The translations under genes and the position numbers were made by a program. The notes beneath the pieces are model-generated. The model saw only the letters and a list, made by a program, of their open reading frames with translations, made no database searches and was not told the origin of the DNA. DNA of 64,000 nt from Terriglobia bacterium. Lineage in GTDB: Bacteria > Acidobacteriota > Terriglobia > 20CM-2-55-15. The stretch spans positions 800,001-864,000 of the forward strand of contig CBDAOY010000007.1 of the NCBI GenBank assembly GCA_965198225.1, written 5' to 3'. Below, piece by piece: positions 29,398 to 39,327 of this stretch (position 1 is the stretch's first letter; every line of letters begins with the position of its first letter).

Positions 29398-29662
29398 GCA
29401 GCCTGTGGCGGAACTCTGCAGGGCCGCGTTACGAACGCCATCAGGCCATATGCGAGGCGCAGGGACGACGTCGATGCTCCCCATCGGGCAATGCGCGGCA
29501 GATGGCCCGATGCCGTCGTAACCCGTAGGGCGCAGGGGGGGGTCGGGCCCCAGGCTTTGTCGTTCGTCGGTCACGATGAAAAAGCATCGCTCCGCTCCTC
29601 TCTTCGCGCCTGAGACCCGAAGACCCCTGCGCGCGACCCTGCAGAGTTCCGCCACAGGCTGC
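29398..29662. mobile_element. MITE-like element 2 (~265 bp)
   Basis: 31-bp TIR GCAGCCTGTGGCGGAACTCTGCAGGGCCGCG with 1 mismatch; CTAG at the right end; internal core shared with MITE 1. Confidence 0.8.
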
Positions 29663-29682
29663 TAGCCTTTGAGAGACATCCA

Positions 29683-32445
29683 ATGTTCCGACGGATCAGC
29701 GCCTTTCTGAAACTCCAGCCTTCCGAGGTGGCGATCACCTCGATGATGTTTCTCTACATTTTCGGCGTCCTGACGTTCTACTACATCCTGAAACCGATCC
29801 GTGCCGGCCTCTTTCTGCAGAATTTTCCGTCGAGCGATCTGCCGTACGCCTACATGCTGACTGCGCTGTTTGCCGGCACGATCGCCACGCTGGTGTTCCG
29901 GTTCGGACAGCGCGTATCGCTCCTCAGCCTGATGACCGTTACCAACCTGGGGATCATTGCGACTCTGATCTACTTTCGCTGGGCGATGACCCGGGAGGTC
30001 GGGTTTCTCCCCTACGCCTATTTCGTCTACGTGCAGATTGTGTCGGTTCTGGCGACGACCCAGTTTTGGCTATTGGCCGGGCGCGTCTATGACAGCCGGC
30101 AGGCAAAGCGTACCTATGGTCTGCTGGGCGCGGGGGCGATTTCAGGTGCGATGGCCGGCAGCCTTGTCCCCGGATTCCTTTCCGACCGGCTGTCGACGGA
30201 TTCCATGCTTTTGATCTGTATCGCGATCTGCATCGGGCTGATTCTGTTGAGTCATGCCGCCTGGAATCACCGCCGCCAGACCTCCGTCCGTCGAAGGGAT
30301 GAACGAAAAAGGGACGCTTCCCGCGATCGCATCGGCGGGCTCTGTCGGATGGTGTCTGGATCGCGTCATCTCCGCCTCATGGCAGCACTGATCATGCTCA
30401 CCCTCGTGGGCTCCCAACTGGCGGAGTGGCAGCTCAATGATGCCGTCCAGACCTACTATTCGGGTCTGGAACCGGTCGAGCAGGGACGGCAGATCAACGA
30501 GTTCTTCGGACGTTTCTATCTCGTCACCAATGTGCTGGGAATCGTTCTCCAGGTGTTCGCGACGGGCTTCGTCGTCCGTCATCTCGGAATTCTCGCCGGT
30601 GTACTCCTGCTTCCTGCGGGCCTTTTCGCCGGTGCCCTCGGCGTCGTTCTGTTGCCGGGGCTCGTGATGGCGACGGTGGCGCGCGGCAATGATGCGGCCC
30701 TGCGGTACTCGATGAACCGCACGAGTATGGAACTGCTCTACCTTCCGCTTTCGCCGACGATACGGGAACGCCTGAAAATTTTCGTCGATGTTTTCCTGGA
30801 TCGGCTCGGCCGCGCGCTCGCCGGCGTGCTCATCCTGGTGCTCACGAGCGCGTATCTGCCCTTCGGACTACGCGGGACTGCGTTGATGATCATGGTCGGG
30901 ACGGCGACCAGCATCGTAATCGCTTTTGCGGTGCGACGCACTTACGTGAATGAGTTTCGGCGTCAGCTCGAACGCAGTGAGGTGGATCTGTCGCAGATCA
31001 CGAACTTCGTCACAGACCCGGCTTCGGTTCAGATGCTCGTCGACGCTCTGGGAAGCCCGGAAGAGCGTCGGATTCGCTACGCGTTAAAACTGCTGCAGTC
31101 GACGAAAGGGATCGACTTTGCCGCCGAATTGCTGCCGCTGCTCAGCCATCCGTCGGCGATCGTCCGATGCGAAGCGGCCCGGACGCTGCCGGCGCTCGAC
31201 GACGATCTTGTTGAAACTGCAGAGCGGCTCTTGTCTGATGCGGCCGCCGAGGTCCGATTTGCTTCTCTGGACTATCTACTGACCCGATCGCAGCAGACCG
31301 GTCTCGATCGGCTCCACGAGATGCTCCGCCACGCCGACGAGCGAATCCGTGTGGCGGCGGCCTCATGGGCTGCGGAGCACGCTCCGCCCGACTTCAACGC
31401 CTCGACGGAAGTCGTGGAGTCCCTTCTGGCGAGGTCCGTCGCGTCCCGCATCGCCGGCGCGGAGCTGGCGAGCCGGCTCCCCGAGCCCGAAGCGGTTCGA
31501 GTCGTCACCGGGCTCCTGACGGCGGCCGAGCCCCAGGTTGCCGGAATGGCGGCGAGGACCGCCGCCTCTTTGGGGAAACTTGATCTGGTTGATGAGATCG
31601 TCCCGATGGTTGCGATTCCGGCGTTGCGGAAGGACATCAAGGCAGCGTTGTGCGCTTTTGGCCCACCTGTCGCCGAACGACTCGGGGCGATTCTCGGTGA
31701 AGAGCGAGCCGACGCGGCCCTCAGGAGGGAGATGCCGTGGGTCCTGGCACGCATCGGCGGAGCCTCCTCGGCGCGGCTGCTCGTAGCCGGCCTCGGGGCC
31801 GAAGACCGAATCCTGCGCTACAGGGTGGTCAAGGCTCTGAACCACCTGCACAACTCCGATCCGTCGCTTCCCCAACCCAGCCCCGCGATTGCGGAGCAGA
31901 TCCACCGGGAGACACGCCACTACTATGAGGCTGTGGTCGTCGCTCGAGCGCTCGACGACAACCCCGACGGACTGTTGGCGCGCGCCCTCCGTGAACGCCT
32001 CGACCAGGATCTGGAACTCATTTTCAGGCTCATCGGCTTGCAGTATCCCCAGAAAGACATTCATGATGCGTACGCTGCGTTGAGAAGCAGTCGGCCCGAT
32101 CGCCGGACGGCTGCGATCGAGTTCATGGACAACGTGTTGCGGGCCGATCTCAAGTCCATTATTCTTCCGCTCCTGGAAGAAGCTTCGAGTGAGCACCTTA
32201 TCGACCGGGCCGCTCTGCAGTTTGGTATTCAGGTCGACAACACCGAAGATTCCCTTCGGTTGATTCTCGAACAGCCCGACAGCTGGTTGAAGTCATGTGC
32301 GCTCTACGAAATCGGGAGCCGGGGGTTGATCCAGCTGGCTGACGTCTGTCGACGGCTGGCCCGAGAGAGCGATGCGATGGTACGGGAGACGGCGCAGTGG
32401 ACGCTGGGACGACTGGAGGGGGGACCGGCTGGTGCCGGCGGTTGA
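29683..32445 (+). CDS. TLC/NTT carrier fused to long HEAT-repeat domain
   Basis: ILKPIR, FWLLAGRVYDSRQAKRTYGLL, MELLYLPL, DVFLDRLG; about 480 aa of HEAT/PBS-like repeats. Confidence 0.88.
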   Translation: MFRRISAFLKLQPSEVAITSMMFLYIFGVLTFYYILKPIRAGLFLQNFPSSDLPYAYMLTALFAGTIATLVFRFGQRVSLLSLMTVTNLGIIATLIYFRWAMTREVGFLPYAYFVYVQIVSVLATTQFWLLAGRVYDSRQAKRTYGLLGAGAISGAMAGSLVPGFLSDRLSTDSMLLICIAICIGLILLSHAAWNHRRQTSVRRRDERKRDASRDRIGGLCRMVSGSRHLRLMAALIMLTLVGSQLAEWQLNDAVQTYYSGLEPVEQGRQINEFFGRFYLVTNVLGIVLQVFATGFVVRHLGILAGVLLLPAGLFAGALGVVLLPGLVMATVARGNDAALRYSMNRTSMELLYLPLSPTIRERLKIFVDVFLDRLGRALAGVLILVLTSAYLPFGLRGTALMIMVGTATSIVIAFAVRRTYVNEFRRQLERSEVDLSQITNFVTDPASVQMLVDALGSPEERRIRYALKLLQSTKGIDFAAELLPLLSHPSAIVRCEAARTLPALDDDLVETAERLLSDAAAEVRFASLDYLLTRSQQTGLDRLHEMLRHADERIRVAAASWAAEHAPPDFNASTEVVESLLARSVASRIAGAELASRLPEPEAVRVVTGLLTAAEPQVAGMAARTAASLGKLDLVDEIVPMVAIPALRKDIKAALCAFGPPVAERLGAILGEERADAALRREMPWVLARIGGASSARLLVAGLGAEDRILRYRVVKALNHLHNSDPSLPQPSPAIAEQIHRETRHYYEAVVVARALDDNPDGLLARALRERLDQDLELIFRLIGLQYPQKDIHDAYAALRSSRPDRRTAAIEFMDNVLRADLKSIILPLLEEASSEHLIDRAALQFGIQVDNTEDSLRLILEQPDSWLKSCALYEIGSRGLIQLADVCRRLARESDAMVRETAQWTLGRLEGGPAGAGG

Positions 32446-32509
32446 GGCTTGACGCCTGATCTTTGTGCTGGAGGACTTTGCGCTCGGATTCCGGGGATCA
32501 GGCGTACGG

Positions 32510-32598
32510 TCAGCCATCAGCATTCAGCCTGCAGGCGGGAACCGACCGTTGAGCGTCTTTGTCCAGGAGCCGAACGCTGAAAGCTGACAGCTGAGTGC
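32510..32598. repeat. Inverted heptamer arrays (TCAGCNN)3 ... (GCTGANN)3
   Basis: TCAGCCA-TCAGCAT-TCAGCCT and GCTGAAA-GCTGACA-GCTGAGT. Confidence 0.6.
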
Positions 32599-32633
32599 CT
32601 CTGCGAAGTTCCAATATTCTGGGTGGCTAGAGC

Positions 32634-33056
32634 ATGACGATCATCGAACGGGTGCTGCTTTTGCAGGGAATCGATCTGTTTGCAGACGTGACAACCGAGC
32701 AGTTGTCGTTCCTCGCCGCGATCGCAGAAGAAATGACCTTCGACCCGGGAAGGGTGATTTACAGCGAAGGCGATCCTCCCGACGGACTGTACGCCGTCAT
32801 TTCCGGTACAGTACGGATGAAGCGATCTGGCGAAGGAATCGATACAATCGGAGTTAACGGAGCGTTCGGCGTTTGGGCCTTGTTCGATGATGAACCGCGT
32901 TTGACGACCGCCGAGGCGAAGGAAGAGGCCCAGGTTCTTTTCGTGTCGCGTGAGGCCTTCTATGATCTGCTGTCCGACAACGTCGACATCGTCGAAGGCC
33001 TTTTCAAGCAGCTCGTGCAGCGACTCCGGCGCCTGGCGCAATCGGTGGAGCGATGA
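32634..33056 (+). CDS. Stand-alone cyclic-nucleotide-binding domain protein
   Basis: IERVLLLQGIDLF, IYSEGDPPDGLYAVISGTV, FGVWALFDDEPR. Confidence 0.88.
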   Translation: MTIIERVLLLQGIDLFADVTTEQLSFLAAIAEEMTFDPGRVIYSEGDPPDGLYAVISGTVRMKRSGEGIDTIGVNGAFGVWALFDDEPRLTTAEAKEEAQVLFVSREAFYDLLSDNVDIVEGLFKQLVQRLRRLAQSVER

Positions 33057-34717
33057 GTGAGGGACAGATCAATCGACGCTTGATGATCGTCGGAGCCGAG
33101 GGCGTCGGCCTCGGCCTGGGCGACCGACTGGCTCGCGCCGGCTACGAGGTCATCGAGCCGGCGGACCCCCGGGAGGTGATCGCCGCCCACAAGAACCTGG
33201 ACCCTTCGATTCTGGTAGCCGGTCCTTCGTTTGACGGCATGGACCGCGCTTCTTTCCTGGGCGAACTTGCCGCATGTCCCTTGCCGCCGCCCCTCGTCAT
33301 TGTCGGCGCACATTCGTCCACGGGTGAGGCCGATTCCTCCGGATTTGCTGAGTATGTACGAGATCCTGAGGACGGGGATTGGCTGCTCGCCGCGCTCGAC
33401 CGCGCTTTTCGCTTTCGGGCGCTCCAGTGGCAGAAATGGGCCGACGAACAGGAATTGCAGGAAGCACGCCAGAAGCTGAGAGCGAACGATCAACGAAGCC
33501 GCCGGGACGCCCGGACCGTGCGGGACGTGGCGGAGGCGGAGTTGCGGTACCGGGAAGCATTCGCCGCGGCAGGAGACGCGATCTTTATGGTCCGCCCCGA
33601 CGGCACGATACTCGATGCGAACGCGAGCGCAGCCACGCTTTCCGGTGTGCCGCGAAAGAACCTGCTGGGCGCGAACGTTGCGGACTTGAGCTCGGTACAG
33701 GGCAGGGGAGCGACGGCCGAGTTCCTTGGACGCGCCGTCGAATCGGCAACCGGAGTCGTCGAGGACCAAACGATCGTGACCTCAGACGGACGTTCGAAAG
33801 TGATCAGTGTCAGCGCGGTCGCCGTGGATTTCGGGGGCAACATGGCCGTGAATCTGATCTGCCGTGACGTTACCGAGTCGCGAGCCGCCGCAGTGAAAGC
33901 CGTGGAGTACGCACGGGAGCTGGAGGAGAGCAACCAGTTGAAGGATGCGCAACTGAGCCGATCCCAGGCCCAGTTGATTCAGTCCGAACGGCTGGCGATG
34001 CTGGGGGGAATGCTGACCGGAATGGCTCACGAGATTCGGACACCCCTGGGAGCCATCAACGGAAACAATGATGTGCTCGAAGCGGTTTGTGATCAGGTGC
34101 GGGAGCAATTCAAGCAGCTCGTGGCAGAGCACCCGGAGTTGGCCTCGCAGTGCGAAACAGCCTGCGAGTGCCTGGACGACACGATTCGGACCAATCGGAT
34201 GGCCAGCGAGCGGCTTCTGGCGATCGTCAAGAGCGCCAGAAGTTTCGCCCGAAGCGACGAGTCCGGGACGCGAGGCGTCAATCTCAATGAGGGATTCGAC
34301 GATTCGCTGGTACTCGCCACCCACGAACTGAAGAACCGGATCGAGGTCGTGCGCGAGTTCGGCGAGCTCCCGCGAATCGAGTGTTATCCGAGCCAGATCA
34401 ACCAGGTCTTTCTAAACCTGATCGTGAACGCGGTCCAGGCGATCGAGGGGAAGGGGTCGATCCGCGTCCGGACATGGGTTCAGGAGGACACCGTCCGGGT
34501 GGCGGTCTCCGACGACGGCGTCGGGATGACGCCTGAAGTGCGTGATCGGATATTCGGTCCGGGCTTCACCACGAAGGAGACCGGCCAGGGATCCGGGCTG
34601 GGACTGTCCATCTGTTACACGATTATCCAGAACCACGGAGGCAGGATCGAGGTCGAAACTGCGCCGGGGGAAGGCTCTACCTTTACCGTCATTCTACCGA
34701 AGGGACAAGACAATTGA
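33053..34717 (+). CDS. Sensor histidine kinase (pseudo-receiver, PAS, HisKA, HATPase)
   Basis: ATGA overlap; PAS (DAIFMVRPDGTILDAN), GMAHEIRTPL, NQVFLNLIVNA, DDGVG, FTTK, GSGLGL. Confidence 0.9.
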   Translation: MSEGQINRRLMIVGAEGVGLGLGDRLARAGYEVIEPADPREVIAAHKNLDPSILVAGPSFDGMDRASFLGELAACPLPPPLVIVGAHSSTGEADSSGFAEYVRDPEDGDWLLAALDRAFRFRALQWQKWADEQELQEARQKLRANDQRSRRDARTVRDVAEAELRYREAFAAAGDAIFMVRPDGTILDANASAATLSGVPRKNLLGANVADLSSVQGRGATAEFLGRAVESATGVVEDQTIVTSDGRSKVISVSAVAVDFGGNMAVNLICRDVTESRAAAVKAVEYARELEESNQLKDAQLSRSQAQLIQSERLAMLGGMLTGMAHEIRTPLGAINGNNDVLEAVCDQVREQFKQLVAEHPELASQCETACECLDDTIRTNRMASERLLAIVKSARSFARSDESGTRGVNLNEGFDDSLVLATHELKNRIEVVREFGELPRIECYPSQINQVFLNLIVNAVQAIEGKGSIRVRTWVQEDTVRVAVSDDGVGMTPEVRDRIFGPGFTTKETGQGSGLGLSICYTIIQNHGGRIEVETAPGEGSTFTVILPKGQDN

Positions 34718-35196
34718 GTGAAAACAACGGCAAACCGACCGTGGCGATTCTCGACGACGAGGAGATGGTGACGATTTCCCTGCGGAACCTCTTCAGGTTG
34801 AGCGCGGACTACAACTTACTGACGTTTACGACCCCGGACGACGCTCTCGAGGTCGGCCGGAAGCAGCCGATCGACCTGATCATCAGCGACTACATGATGC
34901 CGTCCATGGACGGGATTACCTTCTTCGGGAAGTTCAAGGAGCTGCAGCCCCAGACGATCCGGATTCTGCTCACCGGCTACTCCGACAAGGACAGCGCGAT
35001 CCGCGCCATCAACGAAGTCGGGCTGTTTCAGTTCATCGAAAAGCCCTGGGACAACGACTTTGTACGCATGGTCGTTCGCAACGGGCTGGAGAAGAGACGG
35101 TTGATTCGGACGATCGACGAGAAGATTCAGGAGTTGGCGGCCGTCAACTCCAACCTCAAGTCCATCCAGACAGATCTCATTAAAGCTTTCATGTAG
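34714..35196 (+). CDS. Response regulator: receiver domain plus short coiled coil
   Basis: ILDDE, ISDYMMP, LTG, EKPW. Confidence 0.9.
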   Translation: MSENNGKPTVAILDDEEMVTISLRNLFRLSADYNLLTFTTPDDALEVGRKQPIDLIISDYMMPSMDGITFFGKFKELQPQTIRILLTGYSDKDSAIRAINEVGLFQFIEKPWDNDFVRMVVRNGLEKRRLIRTIDEKIQELAAVNSNLKSIQTDLIKAFM

Positions 35197-35402
35197 GCGC
35201 CCGGCGAACCGATCGTCCGGGGCGCCTCAGCATTTGTTGTTAAGGCGGCGGCAGGCAGGGATTCCGTCGGCAAGGATTGAGTCGCGGTTCCGGCCTCCGA
35301 GCGCCACGGATTGGAACGTTTCACACCCCCCGGTCAGCTCAAGCTTTTCACGCACTCAATGGATGCAGTACTTATAGGGCAGATGTATGGTATAGGTAGG
35401 GT

Positions 35403-35627
35403 ATGGAGAAGACCTCAGTCTATCTGCCTTCCGATCTCAAGAAAGCTCTGAAGCGGCTGGCGCGACAGCGGAGGTGCAGCGAGGCGGAGATTTTGCGGGA
35501 AGCCCTCGCCCGGCTCACAGGGGATGCTGAAGCTCCGGTCCCCAGGCTGCCGTTGTTCCGTTCCAAGGGACCATCGATCGCCGAAGCTATCGATGAAGTC
35601 CTGGAGGAAGGATTCGGCGTCCGATGA
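35403..35627 (+). CDS. vapB: CopG/RHH antitoxin (VapB-like)
   Basis: MEKTSVYLP.DLK.ALK..A....SEAEILREAL; ATGA overlap with PIN gene. Confidence 0.85.
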   Translation: MEKTSVYLPSDLKKALKRLARQRRCSEAEILREALARLTGDAEAPVPRLPLFRSKGPSIAEAIDEVLEEGFGVR

Positions 35628-36043
35628 TCGTGCTCGATACCGGAGGGCTCTATGCGGCGCTCGACGCCAACGAAGAACTGCACGGACGATGCGTCGCCGC
35701 CCTGGTTTCGGCCCAGTCTCCACGTGTTCTCTCTCCGTTCGTGCTGGCGGAGCTCGACTACCTGATCGGCGCTCGCACGGGCCACGAGGCGCAGATGGCG
35801 CTACTGGATGAGGTCGTGCGCGGCGCCTACCGTCTTGAGCCGTTCTCTCCCGAAGACATCGCCCGCTCGAAGCGGATCATGGAGCGCTATGCGGACCTCC
35901 GCATCGGGCTTGCAGACGCGTCAGTCGTGGTGCTCTCCCAACGGCACGGCACGCTCGATCTCCTCTGTACTGACCAGCGTCACTTCCGAACATTGCGGGG
36001 TCCGGGCGAAAAGCCGTTTCGGTTGCTTCCTTACGACGCATGA
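35624..36043 (+). CDS. vapC: PIN-domain toxin (VapC-like)
   Basis: IVLDTG, VLAELDY, LADAS, TDQRHF acidic residues. Confidence 0.88.
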   Translation: MIVLDTGGLYAALDANEELHGRCVAALVSAQSPRVLSPFVLAELDYLIGARTGHEAQMALLDEVVRGAYRLEPFSPEDIARSKRIMERYADLRIGLADASVVVLSQRHGTLDLLCTDQRHFRTLRGPGEKPFRLLPYDA

Positions 36044-36192
36044 GGATAGTCCTCGTGTACTTTCTACCGGAGGTTTTCCAGTGAAATGATCCCGGAATGG
36101 GACGGCTCCGACGGTGGGCTCAGGAGCTCAGGCCATTCCAGTTCTCCTTCGTTCGGGACCGCTGGGAGCGCGAGAAGGAAGGACTTGAATGA

Positions 36193-36879
36193 TCAGGTTT
36201 CTTCGCCGGTATCGTCCCGGAAACCGATGCGTTCGAAGGGGTTGAAGACGCTCGATGCAATGTTGATCAAGTGGGCGGCGATTCGTTTCAGGTAGCGCGT
36301 GTAGAGCGCCGTCGCGATGGCATCACCGGGATCTAACGCCGGATCGGGGCTCTGAATCAGGTTAGCGACGATTTCGTCACACTTCCTCAGAATCCACCAG
36401 TGGTCGGCCATTAGCGCCCGGGCCGCTTGGGCATCGGACTTTTCCAGGGTGGGGCGGATCTTGTCGTAAATTTCTCCGACGCCTCGCTCGATCGCGGAGA
36501 TGTCACCGTCGTACTTACCGCAGTTGAGCCGCGTGGGGTGCGCGACGGCGAGATCCTTGATGTTCTTCGTGTAGTCCCCGATGCGTTCGATGTCGATGAC
36601 GATGCTGGTCAGTATGAGACCGGGGATCATGTTCGTACCCCCGGTGATGGCAAGGTGCTTGAGGACCTTATGCCGAACGCGGCGCTCGTAACGATTGATC
36701 GCCTCGTCCATCTTGCGGATATCGACGTCCATATCCGCGGTGTCGCTCTGCCGCAGCGACTTGACCGAATGCTCGAACATTGTCTGGGTTCGCTCCAGCA
36801 TCTCGTGAGAGTCTTCGAGAGCCTGGGTCAGGGAGTTCGCTGTCCTCCACAGCTCGATCAACTCTTTGAACCTAAACAT
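36193..36879 (-). CDS. PhoU-domain protein
   Basis: DEAINRYER, DIERIGDY, YLKRIAAH.NIA. Confidence 0.85.
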   Translation of the reverse strand: MFRFKELIELWRTANSLTQALEDSHEMLERTQTMFEHSVKSLRQSDTADMDVDIRKMDEAINRYERRVRHKVLKHLAITGGTNMIPGLILTSIVIDIERIGDYTKNIKDLAVAHPTRLNCGKYDGDISAIERGVGEIYDKIRPTLEKSDAQAARALMADHWWILRKCDEIVANLIQSPDPALDPGDAIATALYTRYLKRIAAHLINIASSVFNPFERIGFRDDTGEET

Positions 36880-36885
36880 TTCGTA

Positions 36886-37944
36886 TCACCCCATCAGGTA
36901 GATTAGCGCAAGCGGTATCAGAAAGAATACAAAGCCGATGTAGGCCACGGGTATCAGCTTGGACCGAATCGCCGATTCGGCCAGAGTGGTCGCCAGGTAC
37001 ATCGGGACTTTACGGATCGGCCAGATGACGATGATCCCGATCACGTTGAAGAGCACGTGAGCGAGCGCAACCGTCACCGCGGATAGCTCACCCGTAACCA
37101 TGGCAGCCAGCATCGCGGTGATTGTCGTTCCGACATTGGCCCCCAGAGTCATCGGGAAGATCTGCTGCAGCGTCAGGATACCCGCGCCGGCAAGCGGGAC
37201 CGCCAGGGAGGTCGTGATCGAGCTGCTCTGGACCATGACCGTCAGGACGATTCCGAATACGAGAGCGCGCGCGGCCGTCTTGAAGAGGACGGTATCGAAG
37301 AAGGCCTCGACACGTCCGATCACGAGAACCCTCAGGTTGACCACGATGTAGCGCAGCGCGACGAACAGTAGAATCATCGATATGATCAACATGATCGTGC
37401 CGGACTCCCCTGTCAGACCGGCGATGAAGTCCGCCGTCGGGTCGACGATCAGTTTGATCGGGTTGATCAGCTGCAAGCCGCCGCTGTCCCTGAGTTGAAC
37501 GCCCAGAAAGTCCGACATCCGGCCGAGAAAATTCGTTGCCAGCTGGAGTGGAAACAGTACGAGGACGGCCAGGAGGTTGAAGAAATCGTGAACGGTCGCC
37601 ACCGAGAATGCTCTCCGAAACTCGGCCGGCCGGGAGATGTGGCCAACTGAAACGAGCGTGTTCGTCACACTGGTTCCGATGTTGGCGCCGATGACGATCG
37701 GAATCGCCCCGCTGACCTCGAGCGCGCCGCCGGCGACCAGGCCCACCGTCATCGAAGTGGTTGTCGAAGAGCTCTGGACCAGGCTTGTCGCAAGGATGCC
37801 GATGAAGAGGCCGACGAAGGGATTGGAGGTTGTCGTCAGGAGCTGCTCGGCGAAACCCCGCCCGAAGAACTTGAAAGAGTCCCCCATCAGCGCAATGCTG
37901 ACGAAGAACCCGTACATGAGCAGGAGGAGCAGGACCAACCTCAT
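36886..37944 (-). CDS. Na+/phosphate cotransporter (NptA/SLC34 family)
   Basis: Two QSSS motifs and two GANxGT motifs. Confidence 0.92.
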   Translation of the reverse strand: MRLVLLLLLMYGFFVSIALMGDSFKFFGRGFAEQLLTTTSNPFVGLFIGILATSLVQSSSTTTSMTVGLVAGGALEVSGAIPIVIGANIGTSVTNTLVSVGHISRPAEFRRAFSVATVHDFFNLLAVLVLFPLQLATNFLGRMSDFLGVQLRDSGGLQLINPIKLIVDPTADFIAGLTGESGTIMLIISMILLFVALRYIVVNLRVLVIGRVEAFFDTVLFKTAARALVFGIVLTVMVQSSSITTSLAVPLAGAGILTLQQIFPMTLGANVGTTITAMLAAMVTGELSAVTVALAHVLFNVIGIIVIWPIRKVPMYLATTLAESAIRSKLIPVAYIGFVFFLIPLALIYLMG

Positions 37945-38090
37945 CGGCCCCGGGATGGATCGTCCTTCAGGAATGGCGCACCTCGCTTCGAATCGCCTGG
38001 AGTGAGGTTGGAGTTTGGAAAGTCAGCCCGGCGGCGAGGGACGCAAAACCCTCCCTCCGGGCTAGGGTCGCTGTCGGGGAACGTCCCGAC

Positions 38091-38930
38091 TCACCGATTG
38101 CTGCTGGATCCCTCTATCGCCCGCCGGATCGCCTCGACCGAGGCGTTTGCACGGATCTCGACGAGTTTCCTGCCGTTTGCGATCGCCTTTTCTTTCGGTT
38201 CGATGCTGATTCCGTTGATCGTGGCCTTGTTGGCTGCGACGCGTTGGTCGTAGCGCACCTTTTCCGGATCGACCGTCATGATGATTGAGTTGACGCTGTA
38301 GTCGTCGTGAATGCCCTCGGAAACTTCCGCCTTACCGGCGACTTCCTCGACGGCGCCGTCCGACAGCTGCCAGCTGTCGTAGTACTCGCGGACGAAGTGA
38401 ATGCGAGCGCTTTCGCCGTCCCACTTTGCACTTAACTCTTCAGTGACTTCCTGGAGGCCCCGTTGGTTTCCCCCGCTGTCGCCGATCATGATGATGTTAT
38501 CGAATCCATGTTGTTTGAGGCTCGTGGCGACGTCGGTCAGGATCGCTGTGTAGGTCTCCATCCGGACGGGAATCGTGCCGGGGTAGCGCGGGCTGTCGGG
38601 TCGACCGGGCTCCATGAGGATGAGAGGAGCAATGAGCGCGTTACCCAGCTTTCGGGCGATCGCCTCGGTCGTGGCCTGAAGCACGTAGCCGTGTTTGGCG
38701 GTCGGTACGTAGGGCCCGTTCTGTTCCAGGCTTCCGGCCGCGACGATTGCGGTCGTCTTGCCGCCCTTGATCGCGTCGCGGACCTCCATCCAGGTCAGTT
38801 CTTCGATCCACACGCTGTCCAGAGCGGCGATCGGGCGTGGCTCGTCGAGATTTAGTTCGCGTTGAGCCATCGCTGGGATGGCAAGCGCTATGATCGCGGC
38901 CAGGCATCCGACCAGTCTCACACAATTCAT
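38091..38930 (-). CDS. Exported creatininase-family protein
   Basis: AGGAGG RBS, signal peptide, ELTWMEV, GSLEQNGP, PGTI, GDSGGN. Confidence 0.8.
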   Translation of the reverse strand: MNCVRLVGCLAAIIALAIPAMAQRELNLDEPRPIAALDSVWIEELTWMEVRDAIKGGKTTAIVAAGSLEQNGPYVPTAKHGYVLQATTEAIARKLGNALIAPLILMEPGRPDSPRYPGTIPVRMETYTAILTDVATSLKQHGFDNIIMIGDSGGNQRGLQEVTEELSAKWDGESARIHFVREYYDSWQLSDGAVEEVAGKAEVSEGIHDDYSVNSIIMTVDPEKVRYDQRVAANKATINGISIEPKEKAIANGRKLVEIRANASVEAIRRAIEGSSSNR

Positions 38931-39327
38931 AACTCGGATCCTCCTTCGCCGAGAGGGCATCGGCGAACCATCTCTCGGTATTCGGTCTCGCTGCAGTCGA
39001 GTTCAGCCGCCCGACACACCGCTCGATTCTACCCGATTCGAGCGACGACTGACGAGTGACAAGTGACGAGTACGAGTGATGAAGTAGTGGCCAGAACCAC
39101 CACGGCGCTTCGCGCACCGAGGAGGGGTGTTAGTGGCGAGTGACCAGAGCCGGCTTGAAGGCCAGGCTGGCAAATAACTGCTGATCGTGACCAGTGGCTG
39201 GCCGAATAGTGCGATCATCCCTGAACCAACCACTGACCACTCTTGAAACGTCTCCGTGAAAGCCCTATCGTGAGGATGGCAGCGAATCAGGCTGTGTCCG
39301 CTAATCTTTATCTCTCAAGGAGTAGTC

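Noticed and set aside
35197-36192. vapBC as part of an integron cassette or genomic island
   Set aside because: No convincing attC site, integrase, tRNA or flanking direct repeats.
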